From positions 248,001 to 312,000 of the forward strand of contig MU005961.1 of assembly GCA_010093745.1 (NCBI GenBank): 64,000 nt of DNA, read 5' to 3'. A program made the position numbers and the translations under genes. The stretch's first letter is position 1. Each line of letters opens with the position of its first letter. The notes under the pieces are model-generated. The model was not told the DNA's origin. It did not search any database and was given only the letters and a program-made list of their open reading frames with translations. Shown here in pieces: positions 39,841-50,372 of the stretch. This DNA is from Piedraia hortae CBS 480.64. Lineage: Eukaryota.

Positions 39841-41379
39841 ATGGCCGGGAAAAATTCAATCAGACCATGGATTGCCAGCCTTCTTACTACCGAAATAGCT
39901 GCAGTATATGCTTGGCAGGATAATGGCCGACGCTCCCGTCCCTCCGACTCCCGCTTCTCGTTCGATGGAACTGCCTTTAAAAGCGAAGTTCAACGCAGCC
40001 AGGTGGAAGAAGACTACCGCGCGCAGCTTATCAAGGTTGTTTCCGCCACGGCACCTGTTAAAATCATGGTGTCGGATGGCGACGCATCCATCACGGCAGT
40101 TCTGTCTCCCGAGGCCGTCAAGCAACTGGAGGAAGGGTTGGATGAAGAAGTAAGCCAGAATATCAAAAACGACATCATCTCGGTTCGTAACTTGTCGGTA
40201 ATCAGTAGGATCGATGGTCCATCGGAAGACCGTTTTCAGATTCGCATCGAAACTTTGAAATATCGCAAGCTTGTGCGCGCAACCGTGGGCAGTCCTCGAC
40301 ATATTCATGAATTTTCTTTCACTCAAGGGCTTTTGAGATTGGTGAAAGCTGCTCGGAATGGTGCAGAGAGGGAGACTCAGCCTGCAGCTCGTACGGGGAA
40401 GAGGTCAAAGCGGGATGCAGAAGGAAGTTCACAAGAAAGGCAGTCACCGTTGAAGAAACAAAAACTAGACCTCTCTTCAGACTCATCCGGCGTTGAGATG
40501 ATCGAGCCACTGACCAAGAAACCGACATCTGGTAACCTGTCAGAGGCAAGCAGGCTTCGTGCTACACCGCAAGCCACGCCACAACGGCAAAAGGTAGATC
40601 AACCGCGCTCGAGCACCCGAACGTCTCCGGTGGCAGCTGAAAAAGCTGCCAGAAAAAAGCGACCGCAGTTACCGACACGAGATGACGACCCTCTGCGGAC
40701 GAGCCCTCAAAAGGCTGACAGAAGTAGCGCTGCGGTACCGTTATCTACAACAATAGAACACCCATCAGGCAGACAATTGGAGCTACGATATGCTCGGCAA
40801 AAGATCCCCGAAAATCAAAAGGCCCTGCTAGAAAAGCCTGCCTCGTGGTATCCCCCGGGAGCTGGTCGACAATTTCCCATGCCGAATGTTCCATTAGAAG
40901 TCCTCGAGAGGTTCAAGAATCCGGCGCCGAGCCAGGCCGAGGAGCTCAATCCGGTACCCATTAGCCAATTGGAAGATGACATTTCTGGAAAGTCCAATTT
41001 ATCCTGGTCGCCGACGGGACGATCGCCGAAATCTGCCAATGACTTACCGCCGGATAGCACGGCGTCCACCCCAGCAGCGCCGCGAAAGAACGGAGTGACC
41101 CCAGAGGGAAGCCCTCGCTTTGTATCACCTGGTGGAACGCAGGAGAGCAACGGTATGGGTGCCATGGTCCCTCGGGAGTTCAAGCCCCCGCAGTCCGCCC
41201 AGAATCAGCAGTACGTATCGAAACCGGTGCATGGGTTTGTGGGCATTAACGAATCTAGGGCAGATGGCATCATTGAACAGAGTAAACGTGTCGCGCCGTC
41301 AAGGAATGCATTTGCAGCAGCTGCCAAGCCTGCCTCTCCGAATTTACATGTGCTGGATTGGCTGGAAGGTTTTGGGTAG
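39841..41379 (+). CDS. Putative telomere OB-fold protein (TPP1/Tpz1/Est3-like); possible in-frame intron 41211-41258
   Basis: N-terminal IRPWI..., RAQLIKV..., IMVSDGDASITAVLSPEAVKQLE resemble the TPP1/Est3 OB fold; long disordered linker; KIPENQKALLEKPASWYPP block. Confidence 0.6.
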   Translation: MAGKNSIRPWIASLLTTEIAAVYAWQDNGRRSRPSDSRFSFDGTAFKSEVQRSQVEEDYRAQLIKVVSATAPVKIMVSDGDASITAVLSPEAVKQLEEGLDEEVSQNIKNDIISVRNLSVISRIDGPSEDRFQIRIETLKYRKLVRATVGSPRHIHEFSFTQGLLRLVKAARNGAERETQPAARTGKRSKRDAEGSSQERQSPLKKQKLDLSSDSSGVEMIEPLTKKPTSGNLSEASRLRATPQATPQRQKVDQPRSSTRTSPVAAEKAARKKRPQLPTRDDDPLRTSPQKADRSSAAVPLSTTIEHPSGRQLELRYARQKIPENQKALLEKPASWYPPGAGRQFPMPNVPLEVLERFKNPAPSQAEELNPVPISQLEDDISGKSNLSWSPTGRSPKSANDLPPDSTASTPAAPRKNGVTPEGSPRFVSPGGTQESNGMGAMVPREFKPPQSAQNQQYVSKPVHGFVGINESRADGIIEQSKRVAPSRNAFAAAAKPASPNLHVLDWLEGFG

Positions 41380-41534
41380 GACGTAGTACAATGACAGCGT
41401 AGTTGGCCTAATTCGACTGTAATCTAATGTTCTGCTCGTGGTCTATTTTGCAATCAGTCTTCGCTTTCTGTTTTCTTGGGAGTCCCAAGAATCCGTCTCA
41501 AGCTGGGACTGTGCAATTCATCCGGCGTTGGCTG

Positions 41535-41549
41535 CACGTGCTGCACGTG
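41535..41549. promoter_or_regulatory. Tandem E-boxes (CACGTG x2) upstream of RPS2
   Basis: gctgCACGTGctgCACGTGc about 115-130 nt before the ATG. Confidence 0.45.
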
Positions 41550-41662
41550 CCGGGGCGGGGCCCCAAAGTCTTGGCACCACACCCAACGATTCTCCGGCGA
41601 AAACCAAATTCTTTGCACAGCACACCACAGCACACAAAACACCTCGTCCAAAATATAATACA

Positions 41663-42549
41663 ATGGCTGACAGAGGTCGTGGCGGTGGATTCGGCGGTCG
41701 CGGAGACCGTGGAGGTGATCGCGGACGCGTTCGTGGACGCGGCCGTGGTCGTCGTGGCGGCGCGAAGAACGACGAGAAGGAATGGCAGCCCGTGACCAAG
41801 CTCGGCCGTCTCGTCAAGACGGGAAAGATTCGAAGCATGGAGGAAATCTACCTTCACTCGCTTCCCATCAAGGAGTACCAGATCGTGGACGCTTTCTTGC
41901 CGAAGCTCAAGGATGAGGTCATGAAGGTACGCGGCCAGTTGGGAGAAGTAGAAAAAGGTGGCTAATACATGCATCAAGATCAAACCCGTGCAGAAGCAGA
42001 CGCGCGCCGGTCAGCGTACGCGTTTCAAGGCTATCGTCGTCATCGGTGACAGCGAGGGTCACATCGGCCTGGGCATCAAGACGTCCAAGGAAGTCGCAAC
42101 GGCCATTCGTGCCGCCATCATCATTGCGAAGCTCTCTGTTCTGCCCATCCGTCGCGGCTACTGGGGCAACAACCTCGGAGAACCGCATTCGATCCCAGTC
42201 AAGGAGAGCGGCAAGTGTGGCTCTGTCACTGTTCGCGTATGTTGTCACCTCTTGTCACTTTTTTTTTTTCGTGGTCTAACTGTTTGGACAGCTCATTCCC
42301 GCTCCTCGTGGCACCGGTCTCGTCGCCTCCCCGGCTGTCAAACGTCTATTGCAGCTTGCCGGTGTTAGCGACATTTACACTGCGTCGTCCGGTTCGACAA
42401 AGACGCTAGAGAACACGCTCAAGGCAACGTTCACTGCCATTACGAACACGTATGGCTTCCTGACGCCCAACCTCTGGGCCGAAACGAAGCTTTCCCGCTC
42501 CCCTCTCGAGGAGTACAGCGACGTGCTGCGTGAGAGCAAGCGGTATTAG
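41663..42549 (+). CDS. RPS2: 40S ribosomal protein S2 (uS5); introns 41927-41978 and 42237-42291
   Basis: RGG N-terminus, [49 protein letters not shown]. Confidence 0.98.
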
Positions 42550-42872
42550 AGGGTAGAGTAGCCGTCGCCTGAAGCAGGCAATCGTCATGCTACAGGACCC
42601 TCTACGGAGGGCAGTGCTGTATGTAGCTGGCTTGAGCCAAGGCGACTGTACAAACCCTCTTCACGAAGAACGCTTCATTGCATTTGATTTCTTATCAAAG
42701 GAGGTATCATTGTAGTCCCATTCCCATTCCCATTCTCTCATTCCCATGCCCGTCTCATCATGTCAATCCCATTCGCACAAGCGCAATCACATACATGGTG
42801 CGCACACTATACACACCCAACATGGAGAAAAAGCGTACACGTTGCCGGGCCCCCCGTCCAGGCGTTGTCGGC

Positions 42873-44508
42873 TCAAAAGCTCTGAGGAATATGGCTCGCT
42901 GGCTGGAAAGAAAAACACACCATCAGCCACGCCGCCCAATATAGAATCAAGCCAAAAAAAAAAAAACATTCAAGGAACAATGAAAGAAGGACGATTACGT
43001 ACCGGAGAGTTGACGAGTCGCTTGTTCCGTCCTTTCTTTATGTGAGACTTCAACGCCGATGAGTCGAGCGGTTTGAGCAGCTCAAACGAGCAAAGCAGGT
43101 CGTCGTTGACGCTCATGACGGCGCCCCAGTTGTCGAATTCGCCGCAGTAATTGGGCGCCGAGAAGACAGTAACGAGCAGACGATCGTTGAAGAATTCATA
43201 GCCATCTTCCACCACCATGTGTGCGCGACAGACAAGGTCAAAGTCGAATTTTTGGAGGAACTCGATGATGACTTTTTTGTTGAAGCAGTAGCTGACGCCG
43301 CGCTCGTTGGCCTCCCAGTCTGCCTCATTAGCCTCTGACGGATCGCTCCAGAGCAGATCGTTCAGCAGACCGTAGTCAGGCACGTCCGTCGGTCGCGCAA
43401 TGTTGCGGATGTCATCCATGTGCGTCAGCGAAGGGGACAGGCCGCCATGTACGCAAAAGATCTTTCCGGCTACAATGGCGGCTATGGGCAGGGTGTTGAA
43501 GGTATCGACAAATGTCTTCCATACGCGCACATTGCATCGTCGCTTGCACTCGTCGTAAAAGCCGTAGACGCGTGTCACATTGGCACACTCGTGGTTGCCC
43601 CGGAGCAAGAAGAAGTTTTCGGGATATTTGATCTTGTAGCAGAGTAGGAGGAGAATCGTTTCCAGCGATTGTTTTCCCCGGTCTACGTAGTCGCCGAGGA
43701 ACAAGTAGTTGGAGCTGGGCGGGAAGCCGCACATCTCGAACATCCGGATCAAATCGCCGTACTGCCCATGCACATCGCCTACAATCTTCACTGCCGGCCG
43801 CAGCTCCAGCAATGCCGGCTGCGATAGGAATATCTCCTTTGCTGCATGGCAGATGGCCGTGATCTCCGCGTTCTTCAGACACACCTGCTTCGGCGTTTTG
43901 GCTGTGTAGCCGGCATCCAGCAAGCGACGGATGTATTCGTCCAGATCGTCGTGCTTAAGGGCCAGGTCTAAGGAGCTGCTGTCGGCCAAGCTTAGCGACG
44001 CAATCCCGCTAGTAGCCGGCGTTGCGTCCGGCTTCTTCTTCATCAGAATGCTCTCCGACGGCTCGCTAGTAGCTGTCGAGGGGCGCGAAAGGGCACTAGG
44101 CGGGGTCTCAGACACGGCGTCGACCTCGCCCCTGCGCTGGGCGGCAGCTAGATCGCCATGCGGGCCCAGCACGCTGGCGGACTGCGTGGGTGACGGCGGT
44201 AGCCGCGGGGTGTTCTTATCATCTTCGCCAAGGGGCCCCGGCTCGCTAGACGAGCGCGCCGTCCGCCCCACCCTCCGCGCGTCGTCAGCCCCCACCGAAC
44301 TGTCGCGATTGCCCGTTGCACTGCTACCCATTACATCTCCCACGGCGGAGCGTATACTATCTGACGATTTACCCGGTATCTTCCTCAGGGCTGACTTGAA
44401 GGAGCGCGTCGACTCGCGAGTGTCTGACCGGCCCAGCGGCGGGCCCTCGATACCGGTGGGCGTCTGGGAGCCCGACTGCCCGCGGCTGCTGGAAGCTTGG
44501 TTGCCCAT
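42873..44508 (-). CDS. PPZ1: Ser/Thr protein phosphatase Z (Ppz); intron 42903-43002
   Basis: MGNQASS (myristoylation-type start), Ser-rich N-terminus, [31 protein letters not shown]; last exon PASHIPQSF*. Confidence 0.93.
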
Positions 44509-44740
44509 TGCTTGTCTGGGACTAGGGCTTGAGGTGCGGGCGCGGGTGCATAAAGTTGAATAAACCGATATGACGTTGGAACACGCGGGGAACACGCGAC
44601 GACAGTCGCGAAATTCTGGCCAGACACCGCCAAGCCCAATTGGGCTGGTGAGGTGGGGTCGCCCCAATCAGCGGCCGCCACACCCGCGAATGACGGGCAC
44701 TAAGCCAGATGCTGCACAGCGCGCACGGAATAAGATTAGG

Positions 44741-45964
44741 CTACTCGATGCCTTCATCGTACAGCAGTTCGTCACCGAGGCTTAACCTCAGTCGCTCCCA
44801 CAACCCCCGCTTCTGCACCATGGCCAGCACCAGCACTATTGGCAGCTGCCACACACTGGCCCAAAACAGCGCCCGGGAAGTGCCCCGTTCAGCATTACAC
44901 TTCCAAAACCGATAAGCCTCCCGCGCCATCCACCCGTTTATCAGGCTGCTGGTGAATATGAACGAGCGGTCGGTGACGTCATATTGACTGAGCCCGACGC
45001 AAATGGGAAACATGGCTAAACTGTAGCGTAACGACACACGCTCCGCCATGCGCGGGTTGGACGAACTCAGCATCTTGTAACCTGCCATCGCATACTCGTG
45101 CTTAACGCCGTGTGCGAGTGCGAAAAAGTGCGGAAACTGCCACGAAAAGAGCAGCGCAGCCAGCAGCCAGCCTCCGACTGCTTGTCTGGAAAACAGCAGC
45201 TCCTGTGCTTCTTCCCACACGCCCTCCGACTGTACTGTGCTGTACTGGCTCCCTGCCGCGCACCATCCCATCAGCGGTGGGATCGCCCCAACCAGCGCAC
45301 CCACCCACGTATTGACAGGGTGTATCCGCTTAAGCGGGGTATATGCAAAGGCGTAGAGGATGATATTACTACCGCCCAGAATCGCCGTTGTTGGGTTTAC
45401 GCCTTCCCACAGCAGCGTCACGCCAAATGCTCCTGTGGCTATGGCAAAGAGCAAAGCATTGCGTTTACTCACGAGTCCCCGAACCAGGGGCCGGTTTCGC
45501 GTGCGGCTCATCTTGGCATCGTATGCGGGCTCCAGGAGCATGTTGAGGCTGTTGGCGGACGCAATGGCCAGAAACGTGCCGCTTGAGAGATAGAGCAAGG
45601 TGAGGGCGCTTAAAGAAGGAGTGTCTGTGGCAGCTGCGCTAAGCAGACTCGGCACTGGGTATATAGAGTAGGATGCGGTTGTGGTCAGAACCACCAGGAA
45701 CGCCAGACGTGGCTTCGTCAGAGCCAGGTATATTGAGAATTTTCGTTTTGCTGACTTGGCCGGCGCCGCAGCGGCGGCCTTGGAGAGAGTGGCAGAGGCA
45801 TCCGGAGGGAGTTCTTGGCATTGTTGTCGTCTTGCTCGTTTAGTGGCGGCGTTGGTCCAGAAAAACGTGCGATCTAGAGCCTCCTGTCGTGCGCGCGCCG
45901 TTGAATGTATTCTCCGCGCGCACCGCAAGCACGTCAGACGGGCCAGGGGGAGGCGCGAGGACAT
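44741..45964 (-). CDS. COX10: Protoheme IX farnesyltransferase (heme O synthase), mitochondrial
   Basis: Arg-rich presequence MSSRLPLARL.., LTKPRL, DAKMSRTRNRPLVRG, YTPLKR, NTWVGALVGAIPPLMGW, WQFPHF. Confidence 0.95.
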   Translation of the reverse strand: MSSRLPLARLTCLRCARRIHSTARARQEALDRTFFWTNAATKRARRQQCQELPPDASATLSKAAAAAPAKSAKRKFSIYLALTKPRLAFLVVLTTTASYSIYPVPSLLSAAATDTPSLSALTLLYLSSGTFLAIASANSLNMLLEPAYDAKMSRTRNRPLVRGLVSKRNALLFAIATGAFGVTLLWEGVNPTTAILGGSNIILYAFAYTPLKRIHPVNTWVGALVGAIPPLMGWCAAGSQYSTVQSEGVWEEAQELLFSRQAVGGWLLAALLFSWQFPHFFALAHGVKHEYAMAGYKMLSSSNPRMAERVSLRYSLAMFPICVGLSQYDVTDRSFIFTSSLINGWMAREAYRFWKCNAERGTSRALFWASVWQLPIVLVLAMVQKRGLWERLRLSLGDELLYDEGIE

Positions 45965-46096
45965 TTGGGTCGTTGGTTCGAATGTCCCCGGCGTCCAACG
46001 GCGAATCTCCGGGGAAATGCCGGGCCCCACCACCACGACCGCATCCGCATCCATCTTTCCTTTTCTTTACCCTTTCCTCGTCCCATCTCGCCAACA

Positions 46097-46762
46097 ATGC
46101 TCGCCTCTGTAGCCTGTATCGCCTCGTGTGTTGCTCTTGCCCTTGCCCAGGCAACTTCTTTTGAACCCAGCACAGGCGTGAGGTCTCTGTGGGTGAGTAG
46201 TTTGGCGCAATAGATAACAAGCCTGACACCTCACAGATCCCTTTCAAGACTGTCAAAGGGACACCTTTGGCTTCTATTGTCGGCAGCGTATGTGGCATTT
46301 CTTCGAGTCTTGTCCGAATGCTTATATGTCCAGGAACCGCGCAACAATGTCACAGTATACGTACTCTCCTGTCCCACACAATCCCCAGACTGTGCCATTG
46401 CACCCAATTTGACTCTAACACACGGAGACTCGACGGCAAAATATATGACGACCAACTCGGCGGGTTCTGCAGTCGTTGGCTGTACATTAACCGGAACCAC
46501 CACAGCCACTTGCAATCAACGTGCTCTGGGAACCGGAGGCAACATCAAGGCCAAAGAAACCAAGTTGAAAGGTGATCGCATCAATTACGAAGCGGTCGCT
46601 GTTACTGCACTCCAAAATGGCACCTCGACGCTTCCCGCGACCGTAACCGTCACCAGGGATTCGGAACCAACGACAACTTCTACGGGCGGCGCGCAAACTG
46701 CTGCTCCGTGGGCTCTGGGCGGTGTTCTTGGCGCCGGTCTATTAGCCGTGGGCATGTTGTGA
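46097..46762 (+). CDS. Small secreted, probably GPI-anchored Thr-rich surface protein; introns 46193-46236 and 46288-46333
   Basis: Signal peptide MLASVACIASCVALALAQ; clean GT-AG introns keep the frame; four-Cys core; Thr-rich stalk; hydrophobic C-terminus after STGGA. Confidence 0.85.
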
Positions 46763-47044
46763 ATTTATAATTACCTGTAACGCCTTTGGTTAATTAGCGA
46801 GCGTACGAGCGATTTTCAGCAGAAAGAAGTTCCCACTCTTTACCAATTGTGAAGCAGCTAATCGAGTCGGAGCGTTGGATCAGTTTCAATGCCACCACCA
46901 TTTACTCAAAATGGTCTCGACGCGAGACCCTGCATCTGTACTACAATGGCTGGAATAACGTGATCAAATGGCAGCCTTGTCCGCCTTGACAATGGAAATG
47001 GGGCAGACATATTGTCCCATCCTCCTCGAAGCTTCGACACAGCA

Positions 47045-47425
47045 ATGGTCTTCCCTTCTCCATCCAATTCGATTAGAAAGGTGTCGAGCGATGTGGCAGC
47101 CGCCGTCGCCGCTAAGTTTGGAGTAGCAATAGCGGCCCCGTATCCACCTCGCGCTCCTACCTCCATCACGGAGGCCCATACCCAGCCACCTCCTGCATAT
47201 ACCTCTCAAGAGACTCTGCCGGCCTACAGCCAAGGACCTGCTATTGATGAAGTCGAGCGAGGTGCTCGCAATGCGAACATGAGGACCCCGTGCACGTGGC
47301 TGAATACTAGAAGACCACACAAGATCATTGCCATCGTCTCGCTCTGTTTCATGGTGTTCATCATTCCCGTTGTTTGCAAGGTCATTCCCAAGATCCGGCA
47401 AAGGAATGCCACACATGGAGACTAA
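47045..47425 (+). CDS. Small single-pass membrane protein with PY motifs
   Basis: PPPAY and LPAY followed by a TM segment IIAIVSLCFMVFIIPVVC; first in-frame ATG at 47045. Confidence 0.6.
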   Translation: MVFPSPSNSIRKVSSDVAAAVAAKFGVAIAAPYPPRAPTSITEAHTQPPPAYTSQETLPAYSQGPAIDEVERGARNANMRTPCTWLNTRRPHKIIAIVSLCFMVFIIPVVCKVIPKIRQRNATHGD

Positions 47426-48076
47426 GTGAGTGGTGGCCCGGCGTAAATGTGTTTTAAATGTGTGATTTCGGGAGATAAATACCGGTATGTGCTACCGCAT
47501 TGTGCTTGTTTCGGTTTCAAGGCTGACGACTCGTTTGAAGCTTTGCGGCGTTGTTGGAGTCTGGACGGTTTTTAGTAATCAGAATGAACAACAGAGTTGT
47601 GTCGTCACGGTGGAAAATATCCTTAGTCATAATATGGAGGTTATGTGAATGTTTGTTTTGTACGTCCCCTATTATCTCAACGGTTACTGAATATGCAACT
47701 TGTAGGACACTGATTTCCAACAACTCTAGTAATCGTTTGTACATTAGCCAAAGCCCGTTATGTCGCGTCCAGTTACGGAATATCACGCTCAATGAACTAC
47801 TTAAACCGCCAAGCCTATACACGAGTCAAAAGACCCATCGGAAAATATCCTCTTCACAGGTTTGGAATCTCAACCGACGGAGAAAGTCAAAACTCAAACC
47901 TACAAAACACCAACCCGAACAAAATTCAACTGACCAACCTCCTGCTAATAAATAGAAAATACAAATCAACAACCAAACATTTCCATTCCATTTGAAATTC
48001 CCTCCCCTTCCCCCTCTCCCTCACGCAACAACGCAAAGTTTTCAACGCCCAAGTAAACAGAACAAATTCAATACCA

Positions 48077-48664
48077 TTACCTCCATCTCCCATCCTTAAG
48101 TCCATATCTACGATAATTCTCCCGCTCCCTCCGATACCCCTCCCTCAGATCCCCACCCCGCGAAGTTGAATACGAAGACAACGTCGAAGAAGTCGAATCA
48201 TACGCTCTCTCAGCCTCCACCAATTCAGACCTTGAACCCGAGCGGGAAGTAGCCGATCCCTGCCATATTGACGATGAGGGATTACGAGATTCTCTCTGCC
48301 ACGCAGAATGGGTTCTTGCAGATGAACTTCTCCAGTCCACGGAGGGAACATAACGACCAGGGGACTGGTAGGCGCTTTCCTTCTTTGATGTGTATGAAAG
48401 TGGATAGGAGGGGTGGTGGGGACTTTGTGTTGGTGGGTATGAGCTAGGGCAGGAGGGGTTGTAAAATGAAGAAAATTTTTCTCTTCTTGGTGTGGATGAT
48501 AAGGGTTGTGGAGGGTGGTAGGGACTATGCCTTCTTGGTTTGTATGACTGAGGAGGTGGCCGGTAGGGACTTTCCCTCCTCTCGGTAGACCACGATCGAT
48601 GAAAGATGTGCAGCTCATCAGGATCAACCTCATCGATAAACCTTACCGTCTTCTTTTGTGTCAT
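48077..48664 (-). CDS. Orphan S/P/Y/R-rich ORF (195 aa)
   Basis: ATG in a good context (CACAAAGATG); low-complexity product with N-terminal KKTVRF; no family recognised. Confidence 0.4.
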   Translation of the reverse strand: MTQKKTVRFIDEVDPDELHIFHRSWSTERRESPYRPPPQSYKPRRHSPYHPPQPLSSTPRREKFSSFYNPSCPSSYPPTQSPHHPSYPLSYTSKKESAYQSPGRYVPSVDWRSSSARTHSAWQRESRNPSSSIWQGSATSRSGSRSELVEAERAYDSTSSTLSSYSTSRGGDLREGYRRERENYRRYGLKDGRWR

Positions 48665-50372
48665 CTTTGTGTAGCACGCGCTGTTGATGGTACCTTGAGG
48701 AGGGACTTGTTGAATTGGTTTCAGTGGAGTGGGTCACGGTGGGATCTCGCTGCTGTTCTCGGAACTTTTCGTTGAGGACCTGAAGATGCTACTCTGTGTC
48801 CATCATGCTGTCTCACAGGGCCCTATAAACTCCCTAATTCCATTTTCACTCTCTCTTTACAAATCCTCTTCATTGGATATGCACATCTGTTTCTCACGCG
48901 CACGTAGGTGGATTTGGAATCTTGCTTGGCATACTGCTATGCCTTGACTGCGTTATAGGATTCGATATGCTTGGTGGGGTGTATTTTTTGTTATATCCTG
49001 CAATTTGGAATTTCAGAGGGTAGCGCACGGGGATTTTGGGTTGTTTGTGTAAGTTAGGATTATGTGAGATTTTGGCGAATATGGTGGGGTGTTTGTGCGT
49101 GTGCAGTTAGCAAAACGGACCTGCTGGGTAGAGATTCTGGGGGGAATAGGGAGGAGAGTAGTGAACATCGAGAAGGGGAATGTTATCGCGGACATCGGGG
49201 CACTGGGGAATGGAGGTAACTCTTTACGGAGAAAATATTGCAGGGAGAGATTACTCTATGTGAGTTGAACGAAGACATTTGATGGCTCTTCCTCGCATGA
49301 TTTTGGGACAAATTTGCGAAGCATACTTTGTGCGTGCATTGGCGCAGATCAGTCTGCCTGTCAGAGAAATTTGGAATTGCAATTCCTAGGCCCCCTGTTA
49401 AATTTTTCATTGTATCTTGCGATTTGTAGTATTATATGGGTATTTTTACTGAGGTGGTTGGTTGTTTGTGCAGTCCAGACTACGGGGAGCAAACGTATTT
49501 CAATGCGAAGGTTTTGGTGCGTTTAGCAAGAGAGAGCTACGTACCCGCGGGTGAGAAAATTTTCTTTCCGAGTGAACACATCAGTGTGCTGGAAAATCCA
49601 CAACGGACTTTTCTTTTTCACGCTCACAAGGCAGGATTTTCAAGATGAAAACAGTCAATTACTCTTCTCCTTCTCTTGCCTTTGGGACATCGTTGCAAAC
49701 TTTTCTATATGATTGTGTGAAGTTTTGCACACCACGAGCGAAAGAAATATAAGACCACAGGTCATTACTTGTGGGTATTCTTGTCTGCATTGTTGTCTAC
49801 CAAAAGCTGAGAGATTTTAAATCACAGATTCTCGGTCACCTGCCGAGATTCATGTTCTTTGTGCGGACACGCAAGACGATCACATGCAGAGCAAGCAGAT
49901 TGTACAAACAAACCTGCAGGTGAGGTGGTTATCATGGGCCTTCACCTATGCATATAGAATATACGATCGAATATTCTTTCCGCGGCAACATGGATTGCAG
50001 TATACGCACTCATCCGCAACACCGGGTGGTGTATCTGCAATGCAAAGGTAAAAATTCTGCACTATATGCGATTGCACGTAGTATTGGCGAGTCATAGGAT
50101 TTGCCGAAACCGCAGCTGTTCCATACAATGTCAAAGAGAGGGGCAGAGAAATTATTACAAATTTGAGTGAAGGGGGAAAGTCTCAAATATATGCTGACTT
50201 TTTATGGATGCTGTGTTGGGGGTTCTTGATCACGCGTGCGCCATGGATTTCTGCCAGTACTCGTGCGTAGTGGCATGGAGAGGGAGTACTGTATTTGCAA
50301 GATCTTGTCGGTAATCAGCTACAACGTTCGACCGTCTGCGACAAAAGAATTGCTCATGGTAACATCAAAAAT

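Noticed and set aside
24933..41379. RAD2, NBS1 and Tpz1-like genes as a genome-maintenance cluster
   Set aside because: Interleaved with unrelated OLE1 and FAB1; no shared regulatory signature seen; chance proximity is sufficient.
43931..44563. 210-aa ORF antisense to PPZ
   Set aside because: Mirror of the Ser/Pro-rich N-terminal coding region; no independent support.
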